Shown here: piece by piece, positions 16,990-26,890 of the stretch
How the letters are laid out: each line of letters begins with the position of its first letter
Numbering within the stretch: position 1 is the first letter of the stretch
Assembly: GCA_017529005.1 (NCBI GenBank)
Contig: JAFXOB010000225.1
Coordinates: 1 to 50,940, forward strand
Length of the DNA: 50,940 nucleotides
Direction of reading: 5' to 3'
Source of the DNA: Elusimicrobiota bacterium
GTDB lineage: Bacteria; Elusimicrobiota; Endomicrobiia; Endomicrobiales; Endomicrobiaceae
Notes under the pieces: model-generated
Seen by the model: only the letters and a program-made list of their open reading frames with translations
Told to the model about the DNA's origin: nothing
Databases searched by the model: none
Made by a program: the position numbers and the translations under genes

Positions 16990-17883
16990 TTATTTTACCC
17001 TAGGATGTGCACTGCTATAAACTTTTTTTAAACTTTCCAATGTTACATGTGTATAAATTTGTGTTGTAGATAAATTTTTATGTCCCAACATTTGTTGAAC
17101 ACTTCTTATATCGCAACCATGATCCAAAAGATGTGTCGCGAAAGTGTGTCTTAATGTATGAGGTGAAACTTTTTTTACAATACCGGCTTTAATAAACCAA
17201 TTATGTAAAACTTTTCTTGCACCCCTTGAAGTTATTCTTTTACCGTACATGTTTAAAAACATAGGTGAATTTATGGAACAATCAAGGCCGTTGTTTCTTC
17301 TTTCATCCATATAATTTTTTATTGCCGCCAAACATTTATCACCCACGGGAACTTCTCTCTCTTTAGAACCTTTACCGAAAACTTTCAATGTTCCGGAAAA
17401 CAAATTTATATCTTTTAAGTTTCTGCTTACAAGTTCTTCTATTCTTACACCGGAAGAATATAATAATTCCAACATAGCTCTGTCTCTTAAATTAATATCC
17501 GGTAAATCAAATAACTTTGTAATTTCCTGTTCCGTAATAAAAACAGGTATTCTTTTATCTTTTTTAGGTGTCGCCATTGATATTGTAGGATTAACTTGTA
17601 TTATCGATGCAATAACCAAGAATTTATAAAAAGATTTTAAAACCGCAAGTTTTCTTATAATAGAAGATTTCTTTAAATTTTTGTTATATAACCCGGCAAG
17701 ATATTCTCTTATTATATTTTTATCACATTTTATCAATTCAATATTCTTATTCTTTTTTACAAAATCTGCAAACTCGTACATATCTATACTGTAAGCTCTT
17801 GCAGTATTTTCAGAATAATTTCGTTCTGCAATTAAATATTGAATAAATTTTTCTATTTCTTTTATTTTCTCTTCTTGTTCCAT
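16990..17883 (-). CDS. xerC: Tyrosine recombinase XerC/XerD family
   Basis: N-terminal SAM-like domain and a catalytic region (GVRIEEL..., HTLRHTFATHLLDHGCDIRSVQQMLGHKNLSTTQIYTHV). The dprA-topA-xerC synteny is a common arrangement. Confidence 0.9.
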   Translation of the reverse strand: MEQEEKIKEIEKFIQYLIAERNYSENTARAYSIDMYEFADFVKKNKNIELIKCDKNIIREYLAGLYNKNLKKSSIIRKLAVLKSFYKFLVIASIIQVNPTISMATPKKDKRIPVFITEQEITKLFDLPDINLRDRAMLELLYSSGVRIEELVSRNLKDINLFSGTLKVFGKGSKEREVPVGDKCLAAIKNYMDERRNNGLDCSINSPMFLNMYGKRITSRGARKVLHNWFIKAGIVKKVSPHTLRHTFATHLLDHGCDIRSVQQMLGHKNLSTTQIYTHVTLESLKKVYSSAHPRVK

Positions 17884-17905
17884 ATTGTTTAATTATACAA
17901 AAATA

Positions 17906-17945
17906 AAAGCAGAAAAGATTATTTTATCTTTTCTGCTTTTTTATT
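17906..17945 (-). terminator. Intrinsic terminator after topA
   Basis: AAAGCAGAAAAGAT (17906-17919) and ATCTTTTCTGCTTT (17926-17939) form a perfect stem, with T/A runs on both sides. Confidence 0.7.
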
Positions 17946-17955
17946 TTTTCATATA

Positions 17956-20190
17956 TTATTTTTCCGATTTTTTTGTTTTAGTTGTTTTCTTGGCGGTTTT
18001 TTCTTTCTTGGATTCTTTTTTTTCTATTATTATATTACCTTCGGAATCGGTTTTTACCCATAAAAGATTTCTGCATTTAGGAAATGCCGAACAAGTTAAA
18101 AACGGTCCTCTTTTACCTATTCTCTTCAGCATAGGGCTGCCGCACTTTTCACACTTTATATCTGTTTTTTCAGGTTCGGGTTTTATAACTTTGTTACCGT
18201 TTTTATCTAAAGAATACGTGGTTTTACATTCCGGATAATGTTCACATGCAAGATACGGACCTTTAAAACCCATTTTCTTTAACATTACTCCGCCGCATTT
18301 CGGACATTTTTCTTCCGTTTGTTGCGGTTCGTTGGAAACTTTGTTTCCGTCCTTATCTACAGAAAAAGTAGTTTTACATTCGGGATACCCCGAACAAGCC
18401 ATAAACGGACCTCTTCTGCTTTCTCTTATAACCATAGGTTTTCCGCATTTGGGACATACTTCATTTGTTGCTTTGGGAGCTATTTTTTGTCTTGTAGCAC
18501 CTTCAGCTTTTGTCAAATGACTTTCAAACGGAGTATAGAATTTCTTTAATACATCCTGCCATTTAAGTTTTTTTTCTGCTATATCATCAAACTCTTCTTC
18601 TATATCCGCCGTAAACTCATAGTTTATAACATCTTTAAAATTTTCTTTTAAGAATTTGTTTACTACTACACCTAAATCCGTAGGATAAAATTTTTTGTTA
18701 TCCAAACGAACATACATTCTGTCTAAAATTGTTTTGATTGTAGGCGCATAGGTTGACGGTCTTCCTATACCGTACTCTTCCAATGTTTTAATCAGACTTG
18801 CTTCATTATACCTTGCAGGCGGTTCGGTAAAATGTTGTTCCGGACTGATTTTTACTAAATTTAAATTGTCATTTTGTTCCAATACAGGCAATTTCGGTTC
18901 TTTTGTTTCTTCATCTTGTATTGAGTACACTTTCATAAACCCGTCAAATTTAAGTGTTGAACCTGTTGCTCTAAACATATAATTATTTGCTTGTATATCT
19001 ATTGTAACCGTATCATATACGGCATCTGCCATTTGACTTGCAACAAATCTGTTCCAAATTACATTATAAAGCTTATATTCATCTGCGGTAAGATATTGTT
19101 TCATCATTTCCGGTGTTCTTTTAACCGATGTAGGTCTTATAGCTTCATGAGCTTCCTGAGCACCTTTAGATTTTGTTTTATAAAATCTGGGTTTTGAAGG
19201 AACAAAATTTTTACCGTAACTTGTTTCTATAAAATTTAAAGCTTCTTTTTGTGCAACCGCGGCAATATTTAAAGAGTCTGTTCTCATATATGTTATAAGA
19301 CCGACTACACCCTGACTGCCTATTTGTATACCTTCATACAATTTTTGAGCTACGGACATTGTTTTTGATGAAGAAAACCCTATTCTTCTTGAAGCATCTT
19401 GTTGCATTGTAGATGTTGTATACGGAGGATACGGGCTTCTTTTTCTTTCTTTTTTTTCTACCGAAGAAACTTGATATTTTGCAGTTTCAAGTTCTTTTAA
19501 AATATTGTCTGCCTGCTCTTTATTTTGTATTGAAAGTTTTTCAAACTTTTTACCGTCTTTTGATATAAGGTTTGCCGTAAAGGACATATCATTATCTTTT
19601 TTAAGTTCCGCTTCTATCGACCAATATTCAACAGGAACAAACTTTTCTATTTCTTCTTCTCTGTCGCATATCATCATAACGGCAACGGATTGAACTCTGC
19701 CTGCAGACAGACCTTTTCTGACTTTTTTCCATAATATCGGTGATAATTTATAACCTACCAACCTATCCAAAATTCTTCTTGCCTGTTGACTGTCAACCAA
19801 AGCCATATCCAACTTTCTGGGATTTTTAACAGCTTCTTTTATTGCCGATTCTGTTATTTCGTGAAACGTAATTCTATCGGTCTTATCATCTGAAAGTTTT
19901 AACAATTCTTTTAAATGCCAAGCGATAGCTTCCCCTTCTCTATCCAAATCGGTTGCAAGATATACATGCCCTACTTCCGCAACGGTTTTCTTTAAATCTG
20001 CAATTATTTTTTTTGATTTAGGCATTGCAACATAAGTAGGCTTGAAGTTTTTTTCTATATCAACACCTATTTCTTTTTCAGGCAAATCTCTAATATGTCC
20101 AAACGAACTTTTAACTATATAATCACTACCCAACATTTTGGATATTGTTTTTGATTTTGCCGGTGATTCCACTATTACTAAACTTTTCAT
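17956..20190 (-). CDS. topA: DNA topoisomerase I
   Basis: TOPRIM domain (LVIVESPAKSKTI, DLDREGE), active-site Tyr region (GLITYMRTDS), three C-terminal C4 zinc ribbons (CPKCG...C..C, three times) and a Lys-rich tail. Confidence 0.95.
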   Translation of the reverse strand: MKSLVIVESPAKSKTISKMLGSDYIVKSSFGHIRDLPEKEIGVDIEKNFKPTYVAMPKSKKIIADLKKTVAEVGHVYLATDLDREGEAIAWHLKELLKLSDDKTDRITFHEITESAIKEAVKNPRKLDMALVDSQQARRILDRLVGYKLSPILWKKVRKGLSAGRVQSVAVMMICDREEEIEKFVPVEYWSIEAELKKDNDMSFTANLISKDGKKFEKLSIQNKEQADNILKELETAKYQVSSVEKKERKRSPYPPYTTSTMQQDASRRIGFSSSKTMSVAQKLYEGIQIGSQGVVGLITYMRTDSLNIAAVAQKEALNFIETSYGKNFVPSKPRFYKTKSKGAQEAHEAIRPTSVKRTPEMMKQYLTADEYKLYNVIWNRFVASQMADAVYDTVTIDIQANNYMFRATGSTLKFDGFMKVYSIQDEETKEPKLPVLEQNDNLNLVKISPEQHFTEPPARYNEASLIKTLEEYGIGRPSTYAPTIKTILDRMYVRLDNKKFYPTDLGVVVNKFLKENFKDVINYEFTADIEEEFDDIAEKKLKWQDVLKKFYTPFESHLTKAEGATRQKIAPKATNEVCPKCGKPMVIRESRRGPFMACSGYPECKTTFSVDKDGNKVSNEPQQTEEKCPKCGGVMLKKMGFKGPYLACEHYPECKTTYSLDKNGNKVIKPEPEKTDIKCEKCGSPMLKRIGKRGPFLTCSAFPKCRNLLWVKTDSEGNIIIEKKESKKEKTAKKTTKTKKSEK

Positions 20191-20223
20191 CTTTACCTCA
20201 TAAAAAAATACTCTGTAATTTTT

Positions 20224-20260
20224 GGTTATTAGTTTATCGGGTTATTGGGTTATGGGTTAT
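20224..20260. repeat. 8-bp-period GGTTATNG array (inverted copy of the CCTATAAC element)
   Basis: Reads GGTTATTA GTTTATCG GGTTATTG GGTTATGG GTTAT. It faces the 20285-20317 copy across a 24-nt spacer. Confidence 0.7.
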
Positions 20261-20284
20261 TTTTTTAGTTTTTTTGCCGTTGAA

Positions 20285-20317
20285 CCTATAAACCTATAAC
20301 CTTATCACCCTATAAAC
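20285..20317. repeat. Tandem 8-bp-period repeat element (CCTATAAA CCTATAAC CTTATCAC CCTATAAA C)
   Basis: Same 33-nt organisation as 11874-11906, including the degenerate third unit. It ends at the base before the dprA stop codon. Confidence 0.8.
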
Positions 20318-21436
20318 TTATGTATTCCTTATATATATCTGTCCGGGCATAGCCTTTATCAAACCGTTAAGTTCCAAGTCCAACAATATTGTAGAAATTT
20401 CCGAAACATTAACATTTGACTTCAAACTTATTTCATCCAAAGACATACCAACAGTTGAAGATTGTATCATTTTTAGAATATTTATACTACTTTGTGAAAT
20501 TAAAGGCAAATTTTTTTCCGGTTCTTTTTTCTTTTCTTTGGATTTCTTTTTTACCAAATCATTCAATAAAGGTATTTGTTCAACAACATCTTCCGGTTTT
20601 AATGCAACAAAAGCTCCCTGTTTTATTAAACTGTTAGGACCTTGTGAATATTTTGAAAATATAGGACCGGGAACACCAAACACATCTTTGCCGTACTCAC
20701 AGGCAAGTTCTGCAGTTATTAACGAACCGCTTTTTTCTGCCGCTTCTATAACTATTGCAGCAAGCGACAAAGCAGCAACAATTCTGTTTCTTCTCGGAAA
20801 ATTAACCGGTAAAGGCCTTCTTGTTAAAGGAAATTCACTTATAACGGCACCTTTTTGAGCAATTTCATCCTGAAGTTTTCTGTTTCCGGACGGATAATAT
20901 TCCAACAATCCGTTACCTAAAACAGCAATAGTTTTACCGGAATTTTTTAATGTGGACATATGATCTTGTGTATCTATACCGCTTGCCAAACCCGATATTG
21001 TTGTTATTGAATTTTGTGCAAAATATCTGCAAAAATTTTCTGTTACCGTTATGCCGTAATTTGTTGGTCTTCTTGAACCTACAATTGAAACGGAAAATAT
21101 ATCGTTTTTATCAATTTTTCCTTTTACATATATAACAGGCGGAAAATCATATATATTTTTAAGTTGATCCGGATATTCTTCATCTAAATATGTTAAGATT
21201 TTTATATTGTTTTTTTGGGCTAACAAAAGCTCTTTATTTGCAACTTCCAAACTTGAAAGGTCTTTTATTGCTTTGGCGATTTTGTTCGATACAAAACCGA
21301 CAGACTGAATCTCTTTTATATCGGCTGTTAAAATATTGTTAACATTACCGAAATAATTTACCAAAGATATAAATTTTTGGGGAACTAAATCTATAACAGT
21401 ATTTAAGGCAACTATAGATAATTTTTCATTATCCAT
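20318..21436 (-). CDS. dprA: DNA processing protein DprA (Smf)
   Basis: Rossmann-like DprA core (IVGSRRPT, GLASGIDTQDH, GVPGPI) and a C-terminal winged-helix-like tail. The start ATG shares one base with the stop of the upstream ankyrin gene. Confidence 0.9.
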   Translation of the reverse strand: MDNEKLSIVALNTVIDLVPQKFISLVNYFGNVNNILTADIKEIQSVGFVSNKIAKAIKDLSSLEVANKELLLAQKNNIKILTYLDEEYPDQLKNIYDFPPVIYVKGKIDKNDIFSVSIVGSRRPTNYGITVTENFCRYFAQNSITTISGLASGIDTQDHMSTLKNSGKTIAVLGNGLLEYYPSGNRKLQDEIAQKGAVISEFPLTRRPLPVNFPRRNRIVAALSLAAIVIEAAEKSGSLITAELACEYGKDVFGVPGPIFSKYSQGPNSLIKQGAFVALKPEDVVEQIPLLNDLVKKKSKEKKKEPEKNLPLISQSSINILKMIQSSTVGMSLDEISLKSNVNVSEISTILLDLELNGLIKAMPGQIYIRNT

Positions 21437-22038
21437 TATTTTTTCTTAGCACCGGCAGCAGTAAGAATATCTTTTACCATATCGCCGTATCTTTCATTAT
21501 TTTTAGCATAATCAAAAGCACAATAACCATCATAATCTTTTGCATTAATATCTGCACCTGCATCTATAATTAAAGATACTATTGCCGGGGTATCCATATT
21601 TTCACATGCCAACATCAAAGCAGTTGTTCCATCATTTGATTTAACATTAACAAGAGCACCTGCTTTTAAATGTTCTCTAAAAACTTTTTCATAACTATCA
21701 TACTGTGCCGCATACATAAATGCCGTTCTACCTTTATTATCAGTCAAATTAACTCTCGCGCCATAAGATAATAATAATTGCATCATTTCAACACTTGAAT
21801 TTCCCTGACAAGCTGCCATCAAAGGAGTTCTGCCTTGATCATCTTGTCCGTTAACATCCTGACCGGCAAGAATTGCATCTTTTACTTCACTAAAGGAACC
21901 AAACTCACATAAATCATGTAATGTTTGTTGAACTTCTATAGGTTCATTAGAAAACTTACTTCTTGCCTGCACGGTATTAACGGCATATACAAACAAACTT
22001 AGTATTATTAAAGTAACAAATATTATATTTTTTCTCAT
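21436..22038 (-). CDS. Secreted ankyrin-repeat protein
   Basis: Signal peptide (IIFVTLIILSLFVYAVNTVQA). At least four ANK-like units (GRTPLMAA..., GRTAFMYAA..., GTTALMLAC..., GYCAFDYA...). GGAGG RBS. Confidence 0.85.
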   Translation of the reverse strand: MRKNIIFVTLIILSLFVYAVNTVQARSKFSNEPIEVQQTLHDLCEFGSFSEVKDAILAGQDVNGQDDQGRTPLMAACQGNSSVEMMQLLLSYGARVNLTDNKGRTAFMYAAQYDSYEKVFREHLKAGALVNVKSNDGTTALMLACENMDTPAIVSLIIDAGADINAKDYDGYCAFDYAKNNERYGDMVKDILTAAGAKKK

Positions 22039-22106
22039 TGTTTTCCTCCTTCAATCATATACATAATATTATTTTATTAAAATACTTATAAAAAAACAAT
22101 TTTGTT

Positions 22107-23030
22107 TTACTTTACACTTTTAAAATATTCAACCGTATTTTTTAAACCTTTAATAATGTCTACTTTCGGTTCCCATCCTAAAACTTTTTTAGCTTTAGAA
22201 ATATTTAAGAAGCTCTTAAACAATTCTCCGTTTCTTTTAGGTTTAAATACCGGTTTATTTTTATAACCTATAATTTTAGACAACTCTTGTGCCAATTTTG
22301 TTACAGATGTTGTTTTGTTCGTTCCGATATTTATAACTTCATTATTGCCTTTCGTTAAAGATTTTATGTTTGCCGAAACGACATCTTTAACATAAACATA
22401 ATCTCTTAATTGTTTACCGTCACCGAAAATAAAAAATTCTTTATTTTGCGCCATTCTGTCTATAAAAATTGCAACAACTCCCGCTTCTCCGTTTGTATCT
22501 TGTCTCGGTCCGTAAACATTTGCATATCTTAGTATCGTATACTTTAAGCCATACAATTCACTATAAGCTTTTATATAATGTTCCACTGATAGTTTTGCAA
22601 CTCCGTAGGGTGATAAAGGATTAGCAAAAGCTTTTTCATCCGGAGCTTTTGAACCACACTCACCATAAATTGTTCCACCGGAAGAAGCAAATATTATCTT
22701 TTTGACTTTTGTATTTTTGCAAGCTTCCAATATATTTAATGCACCTTTTATATTTACATCTGCATCAAAACAAGGATCCGCAACGGATTTTCTTACATCA
22801 AGCTGTGCCGCATGATGAATAACAATATCTATTTTTTCTTTTTTAAATATTTCATCTATTTTTTTCTTATCACACACAGAAACTTTATAAAATTTTGCCT
22901 TTTTGTTTACATTTTTTATATTGCCTGTTGCAAGATTATCTACAATTACAACCTTATGTTTTTTTTCAATTAGCTCATCAACTATATTCGAGCCTATAAA
23001 TCCTGCACCACCAGTAACTAAAATTTTCAT
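22107..23030 (-). CDS. NAD-dependent sugar-nucleotide epimerase/dehydratase (GalE-like short-chain family)
   Basis: GGAGFIGSN Rossmann motif and catalytic YGVAK (YxxxK). 307 aa. ATGA overlap with the upstream gene. Confidence 0.85.
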   Translation of the reverse strand: MKILVTGGAGFIGSNIVDELIEKKHKVVIVDNLATGNIKNVNKKAKFYKVSVCDKKKIDEIFKKEKIDIVIHHAAQLDVRKSVADPCFDADVNIKGALNILEACKNTKVKKIIFASSGGTIYGECGSKAPDEKAFANPLSPYGVAKLSVEHYIKAYSELYGLKYTILRYANVYGPRQDTNGEAGVVAIFIDRMAQNKEFFIFGDGKQLRDYVYVKDVVSANIKSLTKGNNEVINIGTNKTTSVTKLAQELSKIIGYKNKPVFKPKRNGELFKSFLNISKAKKVLGWEPKVDIIKGLKNTVEYFKSVK

Positions 23031-25066
23031 TTTATTTTTCCCCTTTCATTTATTAACATATAATATGCAATGGCCACACTTGATTTATAATGTTTAACCA
23101 TATTTTTATGTTCTTCATTTTCTTCTGTAGGAATAATTTCTCTTGGTTTATCTTTGTTCCAAGTAAAATATTTTTCTTTTCCAGATGCAAAGTCATAAAT
23201 AACATAATTATCTTTTGTCATTATTGAACCTAAACAATTCGAAGCAATATTTTTTTCTGCATCTTCAGATAGTAAATCTGTTCCTGTTGCCCAATATTTC
23301 GTATTAGACAAAGATAAATTGTATAGTGTCGGTAAAATGTCTGTATGCGAACCTACAATATTATCGGTATCTATTTTTTTATTAGGTTTTAATTTTTTCG
23401 GAATATATAAATAGAAAGGAACACTCATTTCGTCTAATTTTCTTTCTACAGGGTAACTGAAAGTATTCCAAAAATTATGGTCTCCGGTTATTGCTATTAT
23501 TGTATTATCCGCATATTTGGAATTTTTTAATCTTGTTAAAAATTCACCGACTTTTTGAGCTGAATATTGATAAGTTGCAAATCTCATTTTTGAAAGTTTC
23601 ATATCACCGGTAATATCTTTTTTCAACTGTTCGTTTAATTCCAAAGGATACGGTTGTTTATAATTACTTGGCAAAGAATACGGAGGATGATTTGATGTTG
23701 TCATAATATAAATGAATTTTTTATTATCATTTTCTTCCAAAACTCTAAATATATAATCAAACAAATATTCATCATAAACTCCCCACTGATTTCTTTCATA
23801 ATCTTTCGGCATGGAACCTTCACCTATAACTCTGTCAAAACCTACATTAGGCATATATGATGTACAATTTCTCCAACCGGAATTTCCGCCATACATAAAT
23901 ATTGTTTCATAACCGCTGTTTTTGTAAGGCATAGGACCTGTATAAAAATATTTGTTATACGCATATTTTGATTGACACAAAAACTGTGATAAAGGTAACC
24001 TTGCAATGTTTGTTATTGCTGATTCCAAACTTCCGATTGTACCCATATTTGCAGGAAAAAATTTATAAAACATAATATCTTCATCAATATGTTTTTTAAA
24101 TTCACCCAACACGTTAAAACTTTCACTGTTATAATGCATTAGGTCTGTTCCTAATGCTTCCATCATTATAAACACAACATTAGGTTTTATTTCTTCTATA
24201 TCTTTATTATATTTTGTTGTTTTATTTAAAGAGTTCTCCGGTTCATTCTTATCTATTGAACTAATATCAACATTTAGAAAATCACTAAACGCTTTAACCA
24301 TATTGTTTTTTGAATAACCCATTTTTTCAATATAATCTCTGTCTTTTTCCTTTGATCTTGCTTCTATTGCCGCTTGTAAAGTGTATATACCGTTTATTGC
24401 TACTTTATTTATAAATGTATTTGTGGATATTTCAGCATTATCCACGCCGAGAGGGAACAGGCCGAAAGAGCCTCTTGCTGTTATAAAATTAACGGATAAC
24501 AAAATAAGTGAAAGGATAATTTTTATATAAATTTTTGTTCTTTCAATATAATAACCTATAACTTTTTTTTCTACGATTATTTTTGTTAAAAAATATACAA
24601 AAACAAAAATTGATATAAAACCTATACCCACCCAAACAACGGGATAATTTTCTGCAATTGTTGAAAAAAGAGCTTGTGTATCATCTTCAAATACACCGAA
24701 CATTAAAATATTCATATGATTTTGGAAATAAGAATAAAAACCGAAATCTATGCAGAGTAATGTTACTATAAATCCGAAAAAAAACATGTAATAATACTTT
24801 AAACTTTTAACAAATTTTATAAAAAGTTTTTGGCTGCCGATAAACCAAAATATTATAAAGAACAATGTCACCAAAGAATTTATATATGCAAGTATTGCAC
24901 AATCGTATCTTACACCTAAAATAAATGCTTGTATTAAATCGTTTAAATATCCCGAAAGGTTGGACCAACTTGAATAATAAAATGTAAATATTATTCTGTA
25001 TATTGTCATTATCAGTGCAAATACAATATTAAGTATTATTATTCTTTTTATAAATTGTTTTACCAT
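23027..25066 (-). CDS. LTA-synthase / phosphoglycerol(ethanolamine)-transferase family membrane sulfatase-fold protein
   Basis: N-terminal multi-TM half plus a periplasmic alkaline-phosphatase-superfamily domain (IMMEALGTD, AITGDHNFW). The track start at 25090 is TTG inside a hairpin, so ATG 25066 (MVKQFIKR) is used. Confidence 0.75.
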   Translation of the reverse strand: MVKQFIKRIIILNIVFALIMTIYRIIFTFYYSSWSNLSGYLNDLIQAFILGVRYDCAILAYINSLVTLFFIIFWFIGSQKLFIKFVKSLKYYYMFFFGFIVTLLCIDFGFYSYFQNHMNILMFGVFEDDTQALFSTIAENYPVVWVGIGFISIFVFVYFLTKIIVEKKVIGYYIERTKIYIKIILSLILLSVNFITARGSFGLFPLGVDNAEISTNTFINKVAINGIYTLQAAIEARSKEKDRDYIEKMGYSKNNMVKAFSDFLNVDISSIDKNEPENSLNKTTKYNKDIEEIKPNVVFIMMEALGTDLMHYNSESFNVLGEFKKHIDEDIMFYKFFPANMGTIGSLESAITNIARLPLSQFLCQSKYAYNKYFYTGPMPYKNSGYETIFMYGGNSGWRNCTSYMPNVGFDRVIGEGSMPKDYERNQWGVYDEYLFDYIFRVLEENDNKKFIYIMTTSNHPPYSLPSNYKQPYPLELNEQLKKDITGDMKLSKMRFATYQYSAQKVGEFLTRLKNSKYADNTIIAITGDHNFWNTFSYPVERKLDEMSVPFYLYIPKKLKPNKKIDTDNIVGSHTDILPTLYNLSLSNTKYWATGTDLLSEDAEKNIASNCLGSIMTKDNYVIYDFASGKEKYFTWNKDKPREIIPTEENEEHKNMVKHYKSSVAIAYYMLINERGKIK

Positions 25067-25086
25067 TGTTTTATCCGTAAATATAA

Positions 25087-25124
25087 ACAACCATTTCTAT
25101 CAAATTAATGATAGAAATGGTTGT
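25087..25124 (-). terminator. Perfect 16-bp hairpin after pfp (terminator candidate)
   Basis: ACAACCATTTCTATCA (25087-25102), AATTAA loop, TGATAGAAATGGTTGT (25109-25124). The flanks are T-rich. Confidence 0.5.
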
Positions 25125-25141
25125 ATTTTTGTATCTGAAAA

Positions 25142-26818
25142 CTACTTTTTCTTTTGTTCATACTGCAATGTTTTTGTTGTAATATCAGTTACTGAAGCAG
25201 GACCGAAAAACTGTATTGGACCGGGGAACATATATCTGTCGTTCATTGCCCAATCTTGTCTTACTTTGGCAAAAGCTTTAAACGGTGCGCCGTTAAGTTT
25301 TACCAATGCTTTTTGAATAACAGGTTTTTCTTTACCTTTTCTTCTTTCTATATTCATCATCATTGTTAAAGGTATTCCGCCGCATTTCCATTCTGAAGAT
25401 TTTTTAACAAGATTTTTAACTGATGACAAATAACCGGACATATTATTTAACACTAATGCTGCTGCATTGTAACCTAAAGCATAAGTATAATTTGCATCAA
25501 AGTTTGAAGGAACACCGCATCTTCCTTCATATCCGAAGAAATGATTTATTGTCGAGAATTTACCTTTGTATTTACCTGCTTTTTTAAGTTCTTTCAATTT
25601 TTTGGAAACCATTTCAATAAGTAATTTTTCCGTTTCAATTAATGAAACCTGAACATTACCGTGAGGATCTCTGTCTAACATCAATTGAGCAGATATAGAC
25701 ATCGGTAAAGATTCCATAAGTGTTGCTAAATTTTTAGGAAGTTTTGATATTATAAACTTTGATTTCTCAATTGCTGTTTGGAAACCGTTTATTTCTTTTT
25801 CATTTTCCGCAATAACATCATTCAAACTTGCAATAAGAGATTTCATTTCAGGAATAAATTCTATTAATCCTTCAGGAATTAAAACCACTCCGTAATTTTT
25901 ACCGATTTTAGATCTTTTAACTACCAAGTTTGCCAAATTATCAACTATTTGTTTAAGTGTCATTTTCTTGGCTAAAACTTCTTCACCTATTAAAACAACA
26001 TTAGGTTGAACTTTAAAACCGACTTCCAAAGTAATATGAGAAGCACTTCTGCCCATAAGTCTGATAAAGTGCCAATATTTTCTTGCGGAATTTACATCTC
26101 TTTCAATATTTCCTACAAGTTCCGCATAAATTTTTGTTGCCGTATCAAAACCGAAAGAAGCTTCTATATGTTCGTTTTTCAAATCTCCGTCAATTGTTTT
26201 AGGAACACCGATAACACAAACATTTGCATTTTCTTTCTTCAAATATTCTGCAAGAAGTGCTGCATTTGTATTTGAATCGTCACCGCCGATAAACACCAAA
26301 GCATCCATTTTGTTTTTCAATATTGTTGCTTTAGCTTGTGCAAATTGTTCCGGTGTTTCAATCTTTGTTCTGCCGGATTGAATCATATCAAATCCACCGG
26401 TATTTTTATAATTTGCAATAACTTTATCGTTTATTTCCATAGTCTTGTTGTCCAATATTCCGGAAGGTCCGCCCAAAAAACCTACTAATTTATTTTTTTT
26501 GTTAGCAGATTTTAAACCTTCTAAAAGACCGAATATAACATTATGTCCGCCTGGAGCCTGACCGCCTGAAAGAACAACACCGACTTTAATAGCTTTTTTT
26601 ACTGCAACCGCATTTTTACCGGCTTGAAAACTTACAACCGGCATACCGTAAGTCTTTTCAAAAATAGCTTTTATTTTATCAAAATCAGCTACTGATTTTG
26701 TTGCTTTACCGAGAACAGGTTTTACATTTGCAACACCTTTTTTTAATACTGCAGGTAAAACAGGTTGAAATTTTAATCTTTCCTGATGCAATTCTGAAAC
26801 ATTACATTTTTGTACCAT
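25142..26818 (-). CDS. pfp: Pyrophosphate-dependent 6-phosphofructokinase (long type)
   Basis: FIGGDDSNT (GGDD rather than GGDG) and PKTIDGDL (Lys rather than Gly) are the residues that distinguish PPi-PFK from ATP-PFK. MGR motif present. 558 aa. AAGGAG RBS. Confidence 0.9.
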   Translation of the reverse strand: MVQKCNVSELHQERLKFQPVLPAVLKKGVANVKPVLGKATKSVADFDKIKAIFEKTYGMPVVSFQAGKNAVAVKKAIKVGVVLSGGQAPGGHNVIFGLLEGLKSANKKNKLVGFLGGPSGILDNKTMEINDKVIANYKNTGGFDMIQSGRTKIETPEQFAQAKATILKNKMDALVFIGGDDSNTNAALLAEYLKKENANVCVIGVPKTIDGDLKNEHIEASFGFDTATKIYAELVGNIERDVNSARKYWHFIRLMGRSASHITLEVGFKVQPNVVLIGEEVLAKKMTLKQIVDNLANLVVKRSKIGKNYGVVLIPEGLIEFIPEMKSLIASLNDVIAENEKEINGFQTAIEKSKFIISKLPKNLATLMESLPMSISAQLMLDRDPHGNVQVSLIETEKLLIEMVSKKLKELKKAGKYKGKFSTINHFFGYEGRCGVPSNFDANYTYALGYNAAALVLNNMSGYLSSVKNLVKKSSEWKCGGIPLTMMMNIERRKGKEKPVIQKALVKLNGAPFKAFAKVRQDWAMNDRYMFPGPIQFFGPASVTDITTKTLQYEQKKK

Positions 26819-26851
26819 ATCAAAACTCCTTATAAAATTATTAACTTTTTT

Positions 26852-26880
26852 ATTATACTACTTTTTAACCGATATGTTAA
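26852..26880 (-). promoter_or_regulatory. Sigma70-like promoter for pfp
   Basis: On the minus strand: TTAACA (26880-26875), 17 nt spacer, TATAAT (26857-26852). AAGGAG and the ATG follow. Confidence 0.5.
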
Positions 26881-26890
26881 AATTTTTCCG

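Noticed and set aside
17885-18549. + strand ORFs (117, 76 and 62 aa) with repeated peptide segments
   Set aside because: They lie antisense to the three repeated zinc-ribbon modules of topA. The repeats reflect the topA repeats, and no RBS is present.
11874-20317. Whether the 8-bp tandem repeats are a CRISPR array
   Set aside because: The units are 8 bp, directly abutting with no spacers, and span only about 33 nt per locus. No cas genes are present.
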